A stretch of DNA of 62,121 nucleotides, the filler included. It is 6 parts of 6 records of this genome, joined end to end, with 100 filler letters (N's around TTAATTAATTAA, not from the genome) between each part and the next. Parts side by side here need not be neighbours in the genome. Positions count along the whole stretch, not along the records: positions 6,609 to 13,777 come from SRR31147125_37286; positions 13,878 to 29,170 come from SRR31147125_37301; 4 more parts are not named here. The stretch is one strand, 5' to 3'. Under the pieces are notes generated by a model. The model was given only the letters and a program-made list of their open reading frames with translations, ran no database searches and was not told where the DNA came from. The position numbers and the translations under genes are program-made. Numbering within the stretch: the first letter of the stretch is position 1; every line of letters begins with the position of its first letter. Positions 11,559 to 22,717 of the stretch are shown piece after piece.

Positions 11559-13307
11559 ATGAATTTAAAGAGCTCCCTATTAACATTAATTTCCGCATTT
11601 TTATTTTTAAACAGCTACACACAAATAATAAATGAAAATTCATTAATTCGTCCTTTTAGACCAATTTTTTCTGAGACTGTTGAACACATAGATATTGATA
11701 AAGATGGAGATCCTGATCTCATCAGATCTTCAATTTTTGATACCATAACTATTTATTGGATTGACGATGATGATGATATGACTCAAAATGATTTTGAAGG
11801 GGATTTAGATAGCGACTGTCTGATTATTGATAGAAATAATGACGGGATTTTTGCCGGTGCCGGAGACTTGAGTCTTGATTGGGTTGATAATAATAACGAT
11901 GGAATTGCAGATATGCAAGTGGTGGTTGAAAATAGCAATCCACATATTACCGGATATTGGGATTGGAGTAGCAATTACATGTGGGTTATAGATATAGAAC
12001 AAGACGAGCAATTTAACTACATAAACTGGAAAGAATTAACTCAAAAATGTTGGTCTCACTTCGGAGCCGCAAATTTTTATGAAGATTATCACGGTCAAAC
12101 TCTTTTCCAAAAAGTTCATTTGCCAAGTTATCGTTTTAGTGATTTGCGTTATAGCTGGGAAAACCCATTTTTATTTTACGATTCTGACGATGATGGATTA
12201 ACTGAGTGGGTGATTCGTTTTGTCGATCATTGCAATTTTGTGAATAGGTCTAAAAAAGAAGAACTGGAAATAGACACTTATCCTAACAAAATTATTGAAG
12301 AAGCTTATTTAACGTTTGATTTAGATAATGATAATGCCCCCTCTAACGAATTTGATTTCGATATGACTTTATTTTTTTCTGGGGAAGGATTTTCTTACGA
12401 AGATCAACTACAACGATACGATAATATAAGAGGTTTAAAAGAAGCAGATACATTATTTTTTGATCGTCGTTGGCGAGAACTGGAAGAGCTAATTTACCCT
12501 GATCATGAATCTGCATGGGATTTGACATTTCAACGCGGAAAATGGGATTTTTGCTGGTTTATTTTTGATGAAGATGACGATTGCGAACGCTGGGAAAGAG
12601 TGGAGATGTACAAACCCAAAAATCCTTTTATTATTGGCATGCAAAAGGGCGGGATTGATGATAACCCCCAAGCTGATGCATCTGGAGATCGTGGTGAATG
12701 GGATTTAGATAACTCGGGTAATGGAAATCTTTACATCGGTTTTGATGGACGGATTCATTTATACGGTGCCGAAAAAGGCTATTGGCGTATCGACCAGGAT
12801 GCAAATTCCTATCAAGGCTGGGGAGGTTTGTACGAAAGTGGGTATAGAAGAGATCAAATAACTCCTGAAAAATTTGCCACAATCGCATATGAAGATACAG
12901 ACAACAAAGGCTTTTTCAACCTTATACAATTTGACTTAAATGGTGATACAACATATGAAATATCATTTAATTTAAATGATTATAATATTAATACATCGTA
13001 TAAATTATTCGAAACTGCTACAAAAACTACTGTCGATGTAAACCAATTATTCGAGATATCGGCTAATGGACTGTGGGATCAAGCAATGAAAGCTGTTGAA
13101 GCAGCTAAATCAAACAATATTAACTACAAATGGTATGCACATTGGCTTAAACCAAAAAGTATCGAAGAAAAATACAGATATGGTTACTGGCTTCAGTTTT
13201 ATTTGTTTTTTGATTTTTTGGAAATGGCAAAAATTACAGCAGATCATAATTTAGAGATATCAGTAATAAAAGCTTACTTTTCAGGAAAATGGGAGGATTT
13301 AATTTAG
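11559..13307 (+). CDS. Secreted Asp-rich hypothetical protein with repeated DxDxDG-like motifs
   Basis: Signal peptide; DIDKDGD, DRNNDG, DNNNDG, DSDDDG, DLNGD motifs. Confidence 0.7.
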   Translation: MNLKSSLLTLISAFLFLNSYTQIINENSLIRPFRPIFSETVEHIDIDKDGDPDLIRSSIFDTITIYWIDDDDDMTQNDFEGDLDSDCLIIDRNNDGIFAGAGDLSLDWVDNNNDGIADMQVVVENSNPHITGYWDWSSNYMWVIDIEQDEQFNYINWKELTQKCWSHFGAANFYEDYHGQTLFQKVHLPSYRFSDLRYSWENPFLFYDSDDDGLTEWVIRFVDHCNFVNRSKKEELEIDTYPNKIIEEAYLTFDLDNDNAPSNEFDFDMTLFFSGEGFSYEDQLQRYDNIRGLKEADTLFFDRRWRELEELIYPDHESAWDLTFQRGKWDFCWFIFDEDDDCERWERVEMYKPKNPFIIGMQKGGIDDNPQADASGDRGEWDLDNSGNGNLYIGFDGRIHLYGAEKGYWRIDQDANSYQGWGGLYESGYRRDQITPEKFATIAYEDTDNKGFFNLIQFDLNGDTTYEISFNLNDYNINTSYKLFETATKTTVDVNQLFEISANGLWDQAMKAVEAAKSNNINYKWYAHWLKPKSIEEKYRYGYWLQFYLFFDFLEMAKITADHNLEISVIKAYFSGKWEDLI

Positions 13308-13534
13308 TAAATCTAAACATATAATATATGTGATTATTCCGTAATGAAAATGAATAAAAATCAAGAAAGATAATATTAAACAACTTCTTATTTTTGTTTG
13401 TGTGATTTTATGAAAACAAGAATTCTTTTTAGTTTAACCAGCAGTTAGTAGTATTTAGAAATTGAATTCTATTTTTTCAGGCAACGCAACCTTGCGTCTT
13501 ATGTATGCATCATACATAACACCAATTGTTAAAA

Positions 13535-13777
13535 ATGATGCGTGCAAGATTTTTTTTTATTGTATTTGTCATCCTTTTTAGTTGTGATAAGAAGAATGAT
13601 TCACCAGATCAATTATTCAGAGATTCCTATAATTATATAGGAGTTACTTTTACAAATGTTAGAAGCTTAGGGAATTCATACAAGTTGAGCGATAATATTG
13701 TTGTGTATTCAGAAATTCTGGGTTATGATTCCGCTAAACATACATTTTTATTGAGCGAAAAGGCAGGAAAAAGAATT
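13535..13777 (+). CDS. Lipoprotein of unknown function, partial
   Basis: LFSC lipobox; runs off the contig end. Confidence 0.5.
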
Positions 13778-13877
13778 NNNNNNNNNNNNNNNNNNNNNNN
13801 NNNNNNNNNNNNNNNNNNNNNTTAATTAATTAANNNNNNNNNNNNNNNNNNNNNNNNNNNNNNNNNNNNNNNNNNNN
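13778..13877. other. Artificial contig linker
   Basis: N run with TTAATTAATTAA. Confidence 0.99.
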
Positions 13878-14690
13878 TTTTCCAAATCCGTTTTTGACCA
13901 TTTTCAGATGCAAGTTATCTATACCATGTATTACGAGATCACCTTTGGTGGCAGCGGCAAGACCTATGTATGAACCTATTTCCATATAATCCGGTCCAAT
14001 GGTAAATTCCGCGCCATGCAGTTTCGGAACCCCATTAATTATCAGCAAATTGGATCCAATTCCTGATATTTCAGCACCCATGGAAATCAGTAGATTACAG
14101 AGGTCTTGAATGTGCGGTTCGCTTGCGGCATTTCTTATAATTGATTCACCCTCTGCCATGACTGCTGCCATAATAGTATTTTCCGTAGCAGTAACAGACA
14201 TTTCATCCAGAAAGATATCCGCGCCGGTCAGCTTTTTTCCACTGTTTTCTATAATCAGTGTATGATCTTCTTCTATTCTTGCTCGTGCCCCAAGGGCTGT
14301 AAATGCCAGAAAGTGAGTATCCAGTCGTCTTAAACCAATTACATCCCCACCGGGTGGGGCAAGGCTAACATTGCCCGTTCTTGCAAGAACAGGACCCGCA
14401 AACAGGATAGATGCCCGTATAATCTGAGCCTGAGTTTCCGGGATACCTCCGGTAATATTCTGCGTTTTTATGCGGATTTGCCCCGAATTTTCCCGTAATA
14501 CACGGGCGCCCAACCCTTCGGCAATAGACAGCATAACCCGCACATCCTCAATATCGGGAACATTATGTAAAACAACCTCATCATCAGTCAAAAGGGAGGC
14601 TGCTATACAGGGAAGTGCTGAATTTTTATTACCACTGGCAGTTATTTCACCTTGAAGGGGTTTTCCGCCATGGATAATGAAACTGTTCAT
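13878..14690 (-). CDS. murA: UDP-N-acetylglucosamine 1-carboxyvinyltransferase, 3' truncated; Asp at the Cys115-equivalent site
   Basis: SGNKNSALP, RASIL, PGGDVIG, SVTATEN, NAASEPHI motifs. Confidence 0.95.
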
Positions 14691-14738
14691 GGTTTCACTC
14701 TACATGGTTTATCACAATCTGAAAAGATGGTTTTATCG

Positions 14739-15974
14739 TTATCTATAAAGTTCCATGTAGCGTTTTTTACCAACCAGATCCCCGCTTTTGTCTCTGTAAG
14801 GATTTCGTCTGTTCTTTTTATAGCGGCGAAAAAACTCACAGGCTCGATAATAGTTTTCCGGATCTCGAAAAGTAGATGAGATATCACAGCGGAAAAGCTC
14901 AAGCAAAGTCGGAAATAATTCGGAATCCAGAACATGCTCAATTGAACGAACCGGAATATCCGGAACATGTGCAGTAACCATATGGTTTGATACCAAATAA
15001 AAAACACTCTGGTTGAAACTCTCAGAAAATCCAAGTTGTCGTAAAAACCGCAGGCTTTTTTCCGCTCCGATTTGGGCATGCTTGTCAAATTCATTATTAT
15101 TCTGCTTTGCCGCAAAAGCCTTTCCGCAATCGTGCAGCAGAATACCCATGCCCAGCCGCGCGTCAGCCTGTTTTATATACTTAAACATCTCAATTGTATG
15201 ATCCCATACATCGCCTTCAGGGTGAAAATCCTTGTCCTGATAAACACCCCGCATCGCGGCTAATAACGGCCAATGCTCTCGTATGAAACCGGATTTCATA
15301 AGGATATTCAATCCTTTTCCGGGAAAAGATGATTCGATTATCTTCAGAAGCAGTCTTCTCTGCTCGTGTTCTCCCAGCTCATTCGGATTTTTTCTAAAGT
15401 CAGGCTTCTCCCAGCAGTCGTCACTAATATTCCAGTTGTACCTTGCTGCCAATTCAGCTAAATCAGCTATTGAGTACCACCAGAATTCATTCAGTCTTAC
15501 ATGTTCTATTGATTTTTTCGAGGAGAGTAACTCCTTGTTGCGAACGATTTGGTAACAATCTGCTGAGTCAACAAATTTTCTTTCTGCGGGATAGTAGATG
15601 AGCTGCAGAGGATTCCATATTGATGCCCGTTCATCCGAATGGTCAATGATTCTTATCAGATATGTACATTTTCGCCCGCTTGCGGCAGAATCGCTTTTTA
15701 TATCATATTGTTTGCGGTTTCTGAAAACATGATACGGAAAGGAGCCAGTTATTACGGCGTCTATTCGCTCCTCTCCAGTAAATTCAATATGATCAAATAG
15801 GGAAGAGAGCGCAATTAAATCGGCATCTGTTTCAATATCAATGAGCGTACTTTCGAATTTTCTATAATAGATATCCAGAGCCGTTGTTCCATAAAGTCTC
15901 ACCAGATACCCGGCCTCCTGCAGCTGCTGAATTGGGTTTTTATCTTGTATGCTTTCCGTTTTCGGTGTTCCCAT
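14739..15974 (-). CDS. HD-domain protein resembling CCA-adding/poly(A) polymerase family
   Basis: QDKDFHPEGDVWDHT, LLHDCGK, HAQIGA motifs; N-terminal nucleotidyltransferase motif degenerate. Confidence 0.7.
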   Translation of the reverse strand: MGTPKTESIQDKNPIQQLQEAGYLVRLYGTTALDIYYRKFESTLIDIETDADLIALSSLFDHIEFTGEERIDAVITGSFPYHVFRNRKQYDIKSDSAASGRKCTYLIRIIDHSDERASIWNPLQLIYYPAERKFVDSADCYQIVRNKELLSSKKSIEHVRLNEFWWYSIADLAELAARYNWNISDDCWEKPDFRKNPNELGEHEQRRLLLKIIESSFPGKGLNILMKSGFIREHWPLLAAMRGVYQDKDFHPEGDVWDHTIEMFKYIKQADARLGMGILLHDCGKAFAAKQNNNEFDKHAQIGAEKSLRFLRQLGFSESFNQSVFYLVSNHMVTAHVPDIPVRSIEHVLDSELFPTLLELFRCDISSTFRDPENYYRACEFFRRYKKNRRNPYRDKSGDLVGKKRYMELYR

Positions 15975-16098
15975 CTCTGCTGTTTTCCTTCTCTAATTCA
16001 ATTATTAATCAACTGCTGAGTATATTCCATTCGCCGGCAACATCAAATTTTCCTGATTTTTCAGATATTTCATACTACCAGAATATGGTATACTTGCA

Positions 16099-16885
16099 TA
16101 TGGAATTTGCACATCAGATAAAACTGCGCTTGATTTTCATACTGCTTTTATGCTGCTTACCCTCTATGGTAATTGCGAACCAATTAGATGAACCTTTTTA
16201 TCGTGAACTGCAGACACTCTATACATCACCTGAATTTCTTGAGTACAGCACCCAGCTTTATAATGCCTCCGAAATACAGGAGATTGAAACCGCTTATCAA
16301 GACCTCATTAAAGCTGTCAACACAGGTAATTGGACCACGGAAACCGCCTCACTTGGCAAAGCCGCTGCCTCAATTTTCCTGGGGAAACACCTTATTGTTG
16401 AGGAGTACTGCAAAGACAAGGAGCTCGCCAAGCAGTATTTAGGCGTGGCCGAAGCCCTGATTGACAGCACCCCTTCCCGGGAAAGCTCTATTAATGCCCA
16501 GAAAAAAGCTCTGTTGGCCGATTTTGCCGGGGCCATGTTCCTGATGGATCCGGTAGCAAACGTTTTCTCCCACGGCTTAACCTCCTCTACATATATTACA
16601 GAAGCGTTGGACATAGATTCAGAAAACTTCCATGCCAACCTCATGATGGCCAACCGGTATCTGCATGCACCGGCAATTTTTGGTGGTAGTGTGAAAAAGG
16701 GGACAAAAATACTGGACTCTTTCGATGATTTTCTGATGGATTTGGCACCCTTTCAGCAATTTTCCATCTTTTCCCTGCGGGTTTTGGCCGCGTCAAAAAG
16801 CAGGAAATCCAAAGATGCCGAAAATTGGTGTATAGAAGCAAAAAATATATATCCCGGCAATAACTACGTTGAGACACTCAAATAA
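16099..16885 (+). CDS. Exported helical (TPR-like) hypothetical protein
   Basis: Likely start MEFAHQ with signal-like segment; YLHAPAIFGGS motif. Confidence 0.55.
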
Positions 16886-16957
16886 ACCATACTGATTGAC
16901 CGTAAGGAGATATATTACCGGAATCCGAAATTGCTGTTTCCCGTTACCTGTCACCCG

Positions 16958-17740
16958 TTACCTGCCACCTGAATATACTGCAGCTAAAGCTTTCATGCGT
17001 TGATAAAACGACTCTCTGAGGTGATTGCCAAATCCAAAGAATTTCAGTATATCCAGACTGTCGGAAACAACCGTGGAAGCTTGGTATAGAATCAGATCAT
17101 TTCCTTTCGGAACCGCGGCAATTATTGCCTTGAAATCTCCCTTGTTGATTATCCTGAGTGGACCCAGATATATAGCTTTCTCATTTCTCAATTCAACAAA
17201 TATCTTATTATTTTCAATGGTGTAATAGACATGCCAGATTACCGGTCCGAAGTCACGCATTTTCTGGTAAATATATATTTCCAGTTTGGGAATTGGTTCA
17301 TCCAGAAGAATATCGGGCAGGGCATCAACAGCATGGGGAGACGCAATCCGGTACGACGCTTCAATAAGAATTTTTTCCGCGTTGTCTCTGGTGGAGAAAT
17401 ACGTTAACCCATTCATTCTACCGAAGCCCAACAGCCCATTATATATATCAATCAGGCGTAACTGAGGAAAGACTGATTCCAAACTATAGAGAAATTCTCC
17501 CCCATATGCGACCTCTTCATCACCAAAAAACGATACAATACGTGTTTCGTCACCTGCCGGAAGCACCCTGAATAGAGGAATGCTTTCTTCGTAGAACCAT
17601 TCATTTTGAAGTATCGGTGCTGGGAAAGAATACTCATGTATATCGGAATTTCCATCTACGGCAGTAATGCTGCCTGGTGAAATGATGAGAAAAGCTGTTA
17701 ACAACACGTATTTTAAGAATTTTTGAATGATTGCAGTCAT
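16958..17740 (-). CDS. Exported hypothetical protein (spirochaete DUF6675-like)
   Basis: Signal-like N-terminus; GLTYFS...LIEASY, ESFYQRMKAL; start uncertain. Confidence 0.5.
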   Translation of the reverse strand: MTAIIQKFLKYVLLTAFLIISPGSITAVDGNSDIHEYSFPAPILQNEWFYEESIPLFRVLPAGDETRIVSFFGDEEVAYGGEFLYSLESVFPQLRLIDIYNGLLGFGRMNGLTYFSTRDNAEKILIEASYRIASPHAVDALPDILLDEPIPKLEIYIYQKMRDFGPVIWHVYYTIENNKIFVELRNEKAIYLGPLRIINKGDFKAIIAAVPKGNDLILYQASTVVSDSLDILKFFGFGNHLRESFYQRMKALAAVYSGGR

Positions 17741-17820
17741 AATATCAACAAATCCCTTTGAGCAGTGATCATTAATTGCCAAACATTACATTGACCAATG
17801 TCTCTGCTTTATATAGCCTA

Positions 17821-18960
17821 ATGGTAATGGTGTGGGTTAATGTTTTCAATCTCATAGCAATAATAATCGGTGTATTTACTCTTCTTATGACATCCGCAAA
17901 TCTTATATCCATCCACAAGAACAGTCTTCGCCCGTTTATGACATGCGGTCCCAAAATTTCGGTACTTATCCCAGCAAGGAACGAAGCCGGAGTTATCCAA
18001 CGCTGTATAACTTCTCTGCTTAACCAAACCTATACAAATTATGAAATCATTGTGCTGGATGATCAATCAACGGACAATACCCTGAAAATTTTGGAATCGT
18101 TTAATGCATATGAGCAGCAAATCACAATTCTCAAAGGCAAAGAACTGCCTTCAGAATGGTACGGGAAGAATCATGCTCTGCACCAGCTTTCTGAAGCAGC
18201 CACAGGAGAATTACTGCTGTTTACCGATGCAGATACGATCCATTCAAAAAACAGTGTCTCTTTTGCGGCAACAAATCTGGCATACCATAATGTTGATTTT
18301 CTTTCCGGATATCCGCGTCAGCTCTTTCCATCATTAAAATCAGCATCCATAGTCTCCCTCTTATTTCTTAACCTGATATTTTTTACTCCGGTTTGGCTTC
18401 ATAAACGGTTTCCTATCCCCGCTTTTTGACTGACCCTCGGACAGTATCTTTGTGTCAAAACTTCTGCCTATAAAGCTGTGGGTGGATATGCCGCAATTCC
18501 CAAGGTGATAACCGACGATATCCATATGGGTCGACTCCTGAATAAAAATGGTTTCCGCCAAGTGTTTCTGCATGTTGGATCTGTGGTTTCCTGCAGAATG
18601 TACTCTTCCTTCTCCGAGGCCGTTCAAGGGATTACAAAATGTATACTCGATTTCTTTGACAAAAAGATGTCGATTATCATGCTCCTGCTGCCGTTGTTTG
18701 TTATTTGTACAATTCTGCCGTCTCTGACCCTGTTCTATCTTTTTCTCACAGACCCATTCAGCATCTCTTTACTCCTCTATATCGGTGTTGCTTTGCTTTT
18801 TGCATCCTGGTCCGCCGTTATTGCCTTTAATCAATTTCCCCTGAGAACCGCCCTGCTCTATATCTGGTCGTATTCTTTCGTCACCGGCATGTTAATAAAA
18901 GGCATTATTCTATCCAAAAGCAGTAAAGGTTTCTTATGGAAAAACAGAGTAGTAAAATAA
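17821..18960 (+). CDS. GT2 glycosyltransferase with in-frame TGA at 18427-18429
   Basis: SVLIPARNE, DDQSTD, GKNHAL, FTDAD, GGY...TDD. ORFs 17776..18429 and 18478..18960 are in the same frame. Confidence 0.8.
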
Positions 18961-19610
18961 TAATACTGAAAACCGGTATTTTTCATAAACTACTCTCTTT
19001 TCTGATGTTTCATATGTTTATTCTGCTTCAGATACTGCTCTATCCGCTGCTTTATTCCTTTTCCGTTACAGGCAGAAACAATCTTACGGGTATATCAAAA
19101 GCAATACTTGTCTCCAACCATTGTCATTATCTGGACCCGGGATTTATTGGTACTGCTCTTTGGCCGAAAAAAGTATTTTTTACCGGTCTCGAGGAAACAT
19201 TTAGACGCCCGTTTCTTGGGCCTCTGGTTCGATTACTGCGCAGTTTTCCCATACCGGATAAGGATCCCGGAAGGATCATCCGGGCTATAGAGATTCTTAT
19301 GAATGATAAGAAGGTATTTGCTGTACATTTCTTTCCTGAAGGAGAAATGATTACCGGAACCCAGGAGCTTCGGGAGTTTCTTCCGGGGGCCTTCTCCATA
19401 GCGGATCAATTCAATCTCCCGATCATTCCCATAACCGAACTGCAGGAAAAAAGAAAATTACTTCCGAATCGGACCATCATACATATCGGAAAACCAATAT
19501 TTCCAGAGAACATCGATAGTCAGGGTGTACTCAACAAGAGAGAACGGCGTACCATACTTACGGAAACAGCCTATTCTGCAATCTCAACGGCGCTGAAAAA
19601 CCGGAGTTAA
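18936..19610 (+). CDS. 1-acyl-sn-glycerol-3-phosphate acyltransferase family (PlsC-like)
   Basis: NHxxxxD (NHCHYLD) and FFPEG motifs. Confidence 0.85.
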   Translation: MEKQSSKIIILKTGIFHKLLSFLMFHMFILLQILLYPLLYSFSVTGRNNLTGISKAILVSNHCHYLDPGFIGTALWPKKVFFTGLEETFRRPFLGPLVRLLRSFPIPDKDPGRIIRAIEILMNDKKVFAVHFFPEGEMITGTQELREFLPGAFSIADQFNLPIIPITELQEKRKLLPNRTIIHIGKPIFPENIDSQGVLNKRERRTILTETAYSAISTALKNRS

Positions 19611-19654
19611 AATACGAAGTTTAAAAAACCGGAGTTTAAATACGAAGTTTAAAA
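19596..19654. repeat. Tandem duplication, 2 x 28 bp
   Basis: aaaaaccggagtt(a/t)aaatacgaagttta repeated across the stop codon of the acyltransferase. Confidence 0.85.
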
Positions 19655-19758
19655 AGCAGACGCAAAAATCTGCAGTTTAACAAGAGAATATCTGTCTCTT
19701 GTGATAGTCCCTTGTGATAATTCTTGTATCCCCTCTGTATTCAGGATAAAATAACGTA

Positions 19759-20760
19759 ATGAAACCAATAATTTACGGGATCGGAAACCCTCTGATCGAT
19801 ATTTTTACCCAGATAACCAATGAAGATCTTGTACGCCTTGGCCTGCATAAAGGAACTATGCATCTGATCGATGAAGCCAGACGAAAAGACCTGCTGGAAT
19901 TCATTGAGAACAAGGAACAGACATACAGCTGCGGAGGATCCTGTCCCAATACCATTATTACCCTGGCTTCATTTGGTGTTCCTGCGGCCGCGGCCGGCAT
20001 GGTAGGCTCCGACACCTATGGGGATTTTTATAAAAACCGTCTCACAGAGATGTCCGTTCATGACAGACTGCGAACCTGCGAATCCCCAACCGGTTCCAGC
20101 ATTATATTGATAACACCCGATTCCGAACGTACTATGAATACTTTTCTCGGAGCCAACAGGCTGTACGGCCCAAACGACATTGACCCTGAAATGATTCGGG
20201 ATGCCGACTACTTTCATTATACCGGGTACATGTGGGATACCGATTGTCAGAAAGAATCAATCCTGGAAGGCAACCGCATCGCCAAAGCATCCAATACCCT
20301 GATATCCTTTGATATTGCCGATCCGTTCGCTGTAAGCAGAAACCGCAACGCGTTCCTGAAAATCGTTTCCGAACAGGCCGACATAGTCTTTGCCAATAAT
20401 GAGGAAGCCAGAATTCTGTTCGATAACTACGATGCCGGAGAGTGCGCCAAAACAATGGGTAAACTCTGTCGAACGGCCGTGGTGAAAAACGGTAAACACG
20501 GATCATTCGTCTGCCATGAAGGGACGCTGTATGATGTTCCGGTAAAGGGTAAAGACCCGGTTGATACTACTGGAGCGGGAGATGTATATGCTGCCGGCTT
20601 TCTGCTGGGCTTATGCCGCGGATATGATCCCTACGAAAGCGGTCTTCTGGCATCATTTCTGGCAGGAGAAATTATTGGCCAGCATGGCGCGCAGTTTTCC
20701 ACACAGACAATTACAGAGCTTACAGAGAAAATAGATTCTGGAGTCTGGAAACAGCCGTAG
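19759..20760 (+). CDS. PfkB-family adenosine kinase-like protein
   Basis: GIGNPLID, GGSCPNT, ERTMNTFLGA, DTTGAGD. Confidence 0.88.
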   Translation: MKPIIYGIGNPLIDIFTQITNEDLVRLGLHKGTMHLIDEARRKDLLEFIENKEQTYSCGGSCPNTIITLASFGVPAAAAGMVGSDTYGDFYKNRLTEMSVHDRLRTCESPTGSSIILITPDSERTMNTFLGANRLYGPNDIDPEMIRDADYFHYTGYMWDTDCQKESILEGNRIAKASNTLISFDIADPFAVSRNRNAFLKIVSEQADIVFANNEEARILFDNYDAGECAKTMGKLCRTAVVKNGKHGSFVCHEGTLYDVPVKGKDPVDTTGAGDVYAAGFLLGLCRGYDPYESGLLASFLAGEIIGQHGAQFSTQTITELTEKIDSGVWKQP

Positions 20761-20765
20761 CTGTA

Positions 20766-21938
20766 TTACAGTGCTTTTCTTATTGATTCAACGCGATCAG
20801 TTTGTTCCCATCTAAACCGGTCTCTGCCGAAGTGGCCATAAGCCGCGGTATGACGGTAAATTGGAGTCAGAAGTTCCAGGGTGCTGATTATTCCCGCAGG
20901 GGTCAGATCAAATTCCTTTCTGACAATATTCTCTATCTGCGTGTCGGGTACCACTCCGGTGCCGAAAGTATCAACCAGAATTGATACCGGTTCGGGAACT
21001 CCGATAGCATATGCCAGTTCAATTTCACACTTGGAACAAACTTGCGCGGCTACAAGATTTTTAGCGATATATCTTGCCATATAGGCCGCGGATCTATCTA
21101 CTTTAGAGGGATCCTTGCCGCTGAATGCCCCGCCGCCGTGTCTGCCCATACCACCGTAGGTATCGACAATAATTTTACGTCCGGTTAAACCTGAATCACC
21201 GTGCGGACCGCCAATTACAAATCGCCCGGTTGGATTAGTTAATACTTTTGTCTTTTCTGTATAGAATCCAGTAGGCTCTAGGACAGGTTTTATAACCTGG
21301 GAAATCAATGTTTCATGTATCTCTTCCTGAGACACATTGGGATAGTGCTGATGTGACATGACAACCGTATCAATTCTATACGGTTTACCGTTTCGGTACT
21401 CCAGGGTAACCTGACTTTTTGCATCAGGTCTCATCCATGTTATGTCTTTGTTCTTTCTCAATTCAGCCGCTTTCTGCAGCAGCTTATGGCTGAACATGAT
21501 TGGTGCGGGCATCAATTCAGGGGTTTCATCACAGGCAAATCCAAACATCATACCCTGATCTCCGGCACCCTGCTGACCCTTTTTTTCACCTTCCTCAATC
21601 TTAATTCCACGGGAGATGTCATTTGATTGTGTATGGATGGTGTTCAGAATCGCCATTGATTGATAATCAAGACCGTAATCGGGATCCGTATAGCCTATTT
21701 CCTTCACAACATCTCTCACAAGCTGCTGCAGGAACACATACGTTTCCGTAGTAATTTCACCACCGACCAAAACCATTCCGGTTGTGGCAAACGTTTCACA
21801 GGCAACCCTGGATTCAGGATCAAATTTCAGGCATTCATCAAGAACAGCGTCGGAAATCTGATCACAAAGTTTATCAGGATGACCTTCACTTACGGATTCA
21901 GAGGTAAAAAGATATGATTCCCTGCTTTTTCTTTGCAT
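20766..21938 (-). CDS. metK: S-adenosylmethionine synthetase
   Basis: [35 protein letters not shown]. Confidence 0.98.
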   Translation of the reverse strand: MQRKSRESYLFTSESVSEGHPDKLCDQISDAVLDECLKFDPESRVACETFATTGMVLVGGEITTETYVFLQQLVRDVVKEIGYTDPDYGLDYQSMAILNTIHTQSNDISRGIKIEEGEKKGQQGAGDQGMMFGFACDETPELMPAPIMFSHKLLQKAAELRKNKDITWMRPDAKSQVTLEYRNGKPYRIDTVVMSHQHYPNVSQEEIHETLISQVIKPVLEPTGFYTEKTKVLTNPTGRFVIGGPHGDSGLTGRKIIVDTYGGMGRHGGGAFSGKDPSKVDRSAAYMARYIAKNLVAAQVCSKCEIELAYAIGVPEPVSILVDTFGTGVVPDTQIENIVRKEFDLTPAGIISTLELLTPIYRHTAAYGHFGRDRFRWEQTDRVESIRKAL

Positions 21939-21963
21939 GTTTTCCCCCGTGTGGTAATTACTG

Positions 21964-22653
21964 TTAGGTGCTGATGCCCTTGTAGAAGACTCTTACCTGC
22001 TTATAGAGACCATCGCCTTCGCTTCTGGTATCAACGTCGATAATATCGTTAAGAGCCGTATGAATTAATCGTCTTTCGAACGGATTCATTGGTTCAAGAA
22101 GTCGTGATCTTTTTGTGTTTTTCACATATTCAGCTGTCTTATAGGCAAGTTTAACCAAATGTTCTTCATGACGAATTCTGTAGTTTTCACTATCTATTAC
22201 AACTTTTTTGGAATTATCGAGCTGTCCGGAATAGACGTTGGTCAAAAGCTGGAGCGCATCCAGATTTTTTCCTTTTTTCCCGATAATGATACCTGAATCG
22301 GGAGATTCAATGGAAAGACCAAGTTTATAATCTCTTCTGAAAGCAATGCTAACTTTTCCCGGGTATCCCATTTTGGTAAGTACGTTGGAAACAAACGTTA
22401 TGACGTTTTCCTCAAATGTATCCGGTTCTACGGGTTGATAGCTAGATGCTCTTACTGCTTTATCAAAACTTTCGGTTTCCGGTTCAATCTCGTCTTCCAC
22501 GTGAATACGTATTTTAACCGATCCTTTGCGAAACAGTCCTTTTTTCTCATTTTCCAGTACTTCAATGTCAAAGTTATCACGATCCAGCTGCAGTTCTTTC
22601 ATTGCATTGTCGATAGCTTCCTGCTCAGTTTTTCCTTCAAATTCTCTTATCAT
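21964..22653 (-). CDS. jag: Jag/EloR/KhpB RNA-binding protein
   Basis: Jag_N, KH (IIGKKG) and R3H (ERRLIH) motifs; downstream of yidC. Confidence 0.93.
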   Translation of the reverse strand: MIREFEGKTEQEAIDNAMKELQLDRDNFDIEVLENEKKGLFRKGSVKIRIHVEDEIEPETESFDKAVRASSYQPVEPDTFEENVITFVSNVLTKMGYPGKVSIAFRRDYKLGLSIESPDSGIIIGKKGKNLDALQLLTNVYSGQLDNSKKVVIDSENYRIRHEEHLVKLAYKTAEYVKNTKRSRLLEPMNPFERRLIHTALNDIIDVDTRSEGDGLYKQVRVFYKGIST

Positions 22654-22717
22654 ATGTTATTCCTTTATGGTAAATCAGACGCGGCTGTAAACGTCGCGTC
22701 AATCATCACCCTGTAAT

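Noticed and set aside
19596-19654. 28-bp repeat as a mini-CRISPR or regulatory array
   Set aside because: Two directly adjacent copies with no spacer; simple local duplication
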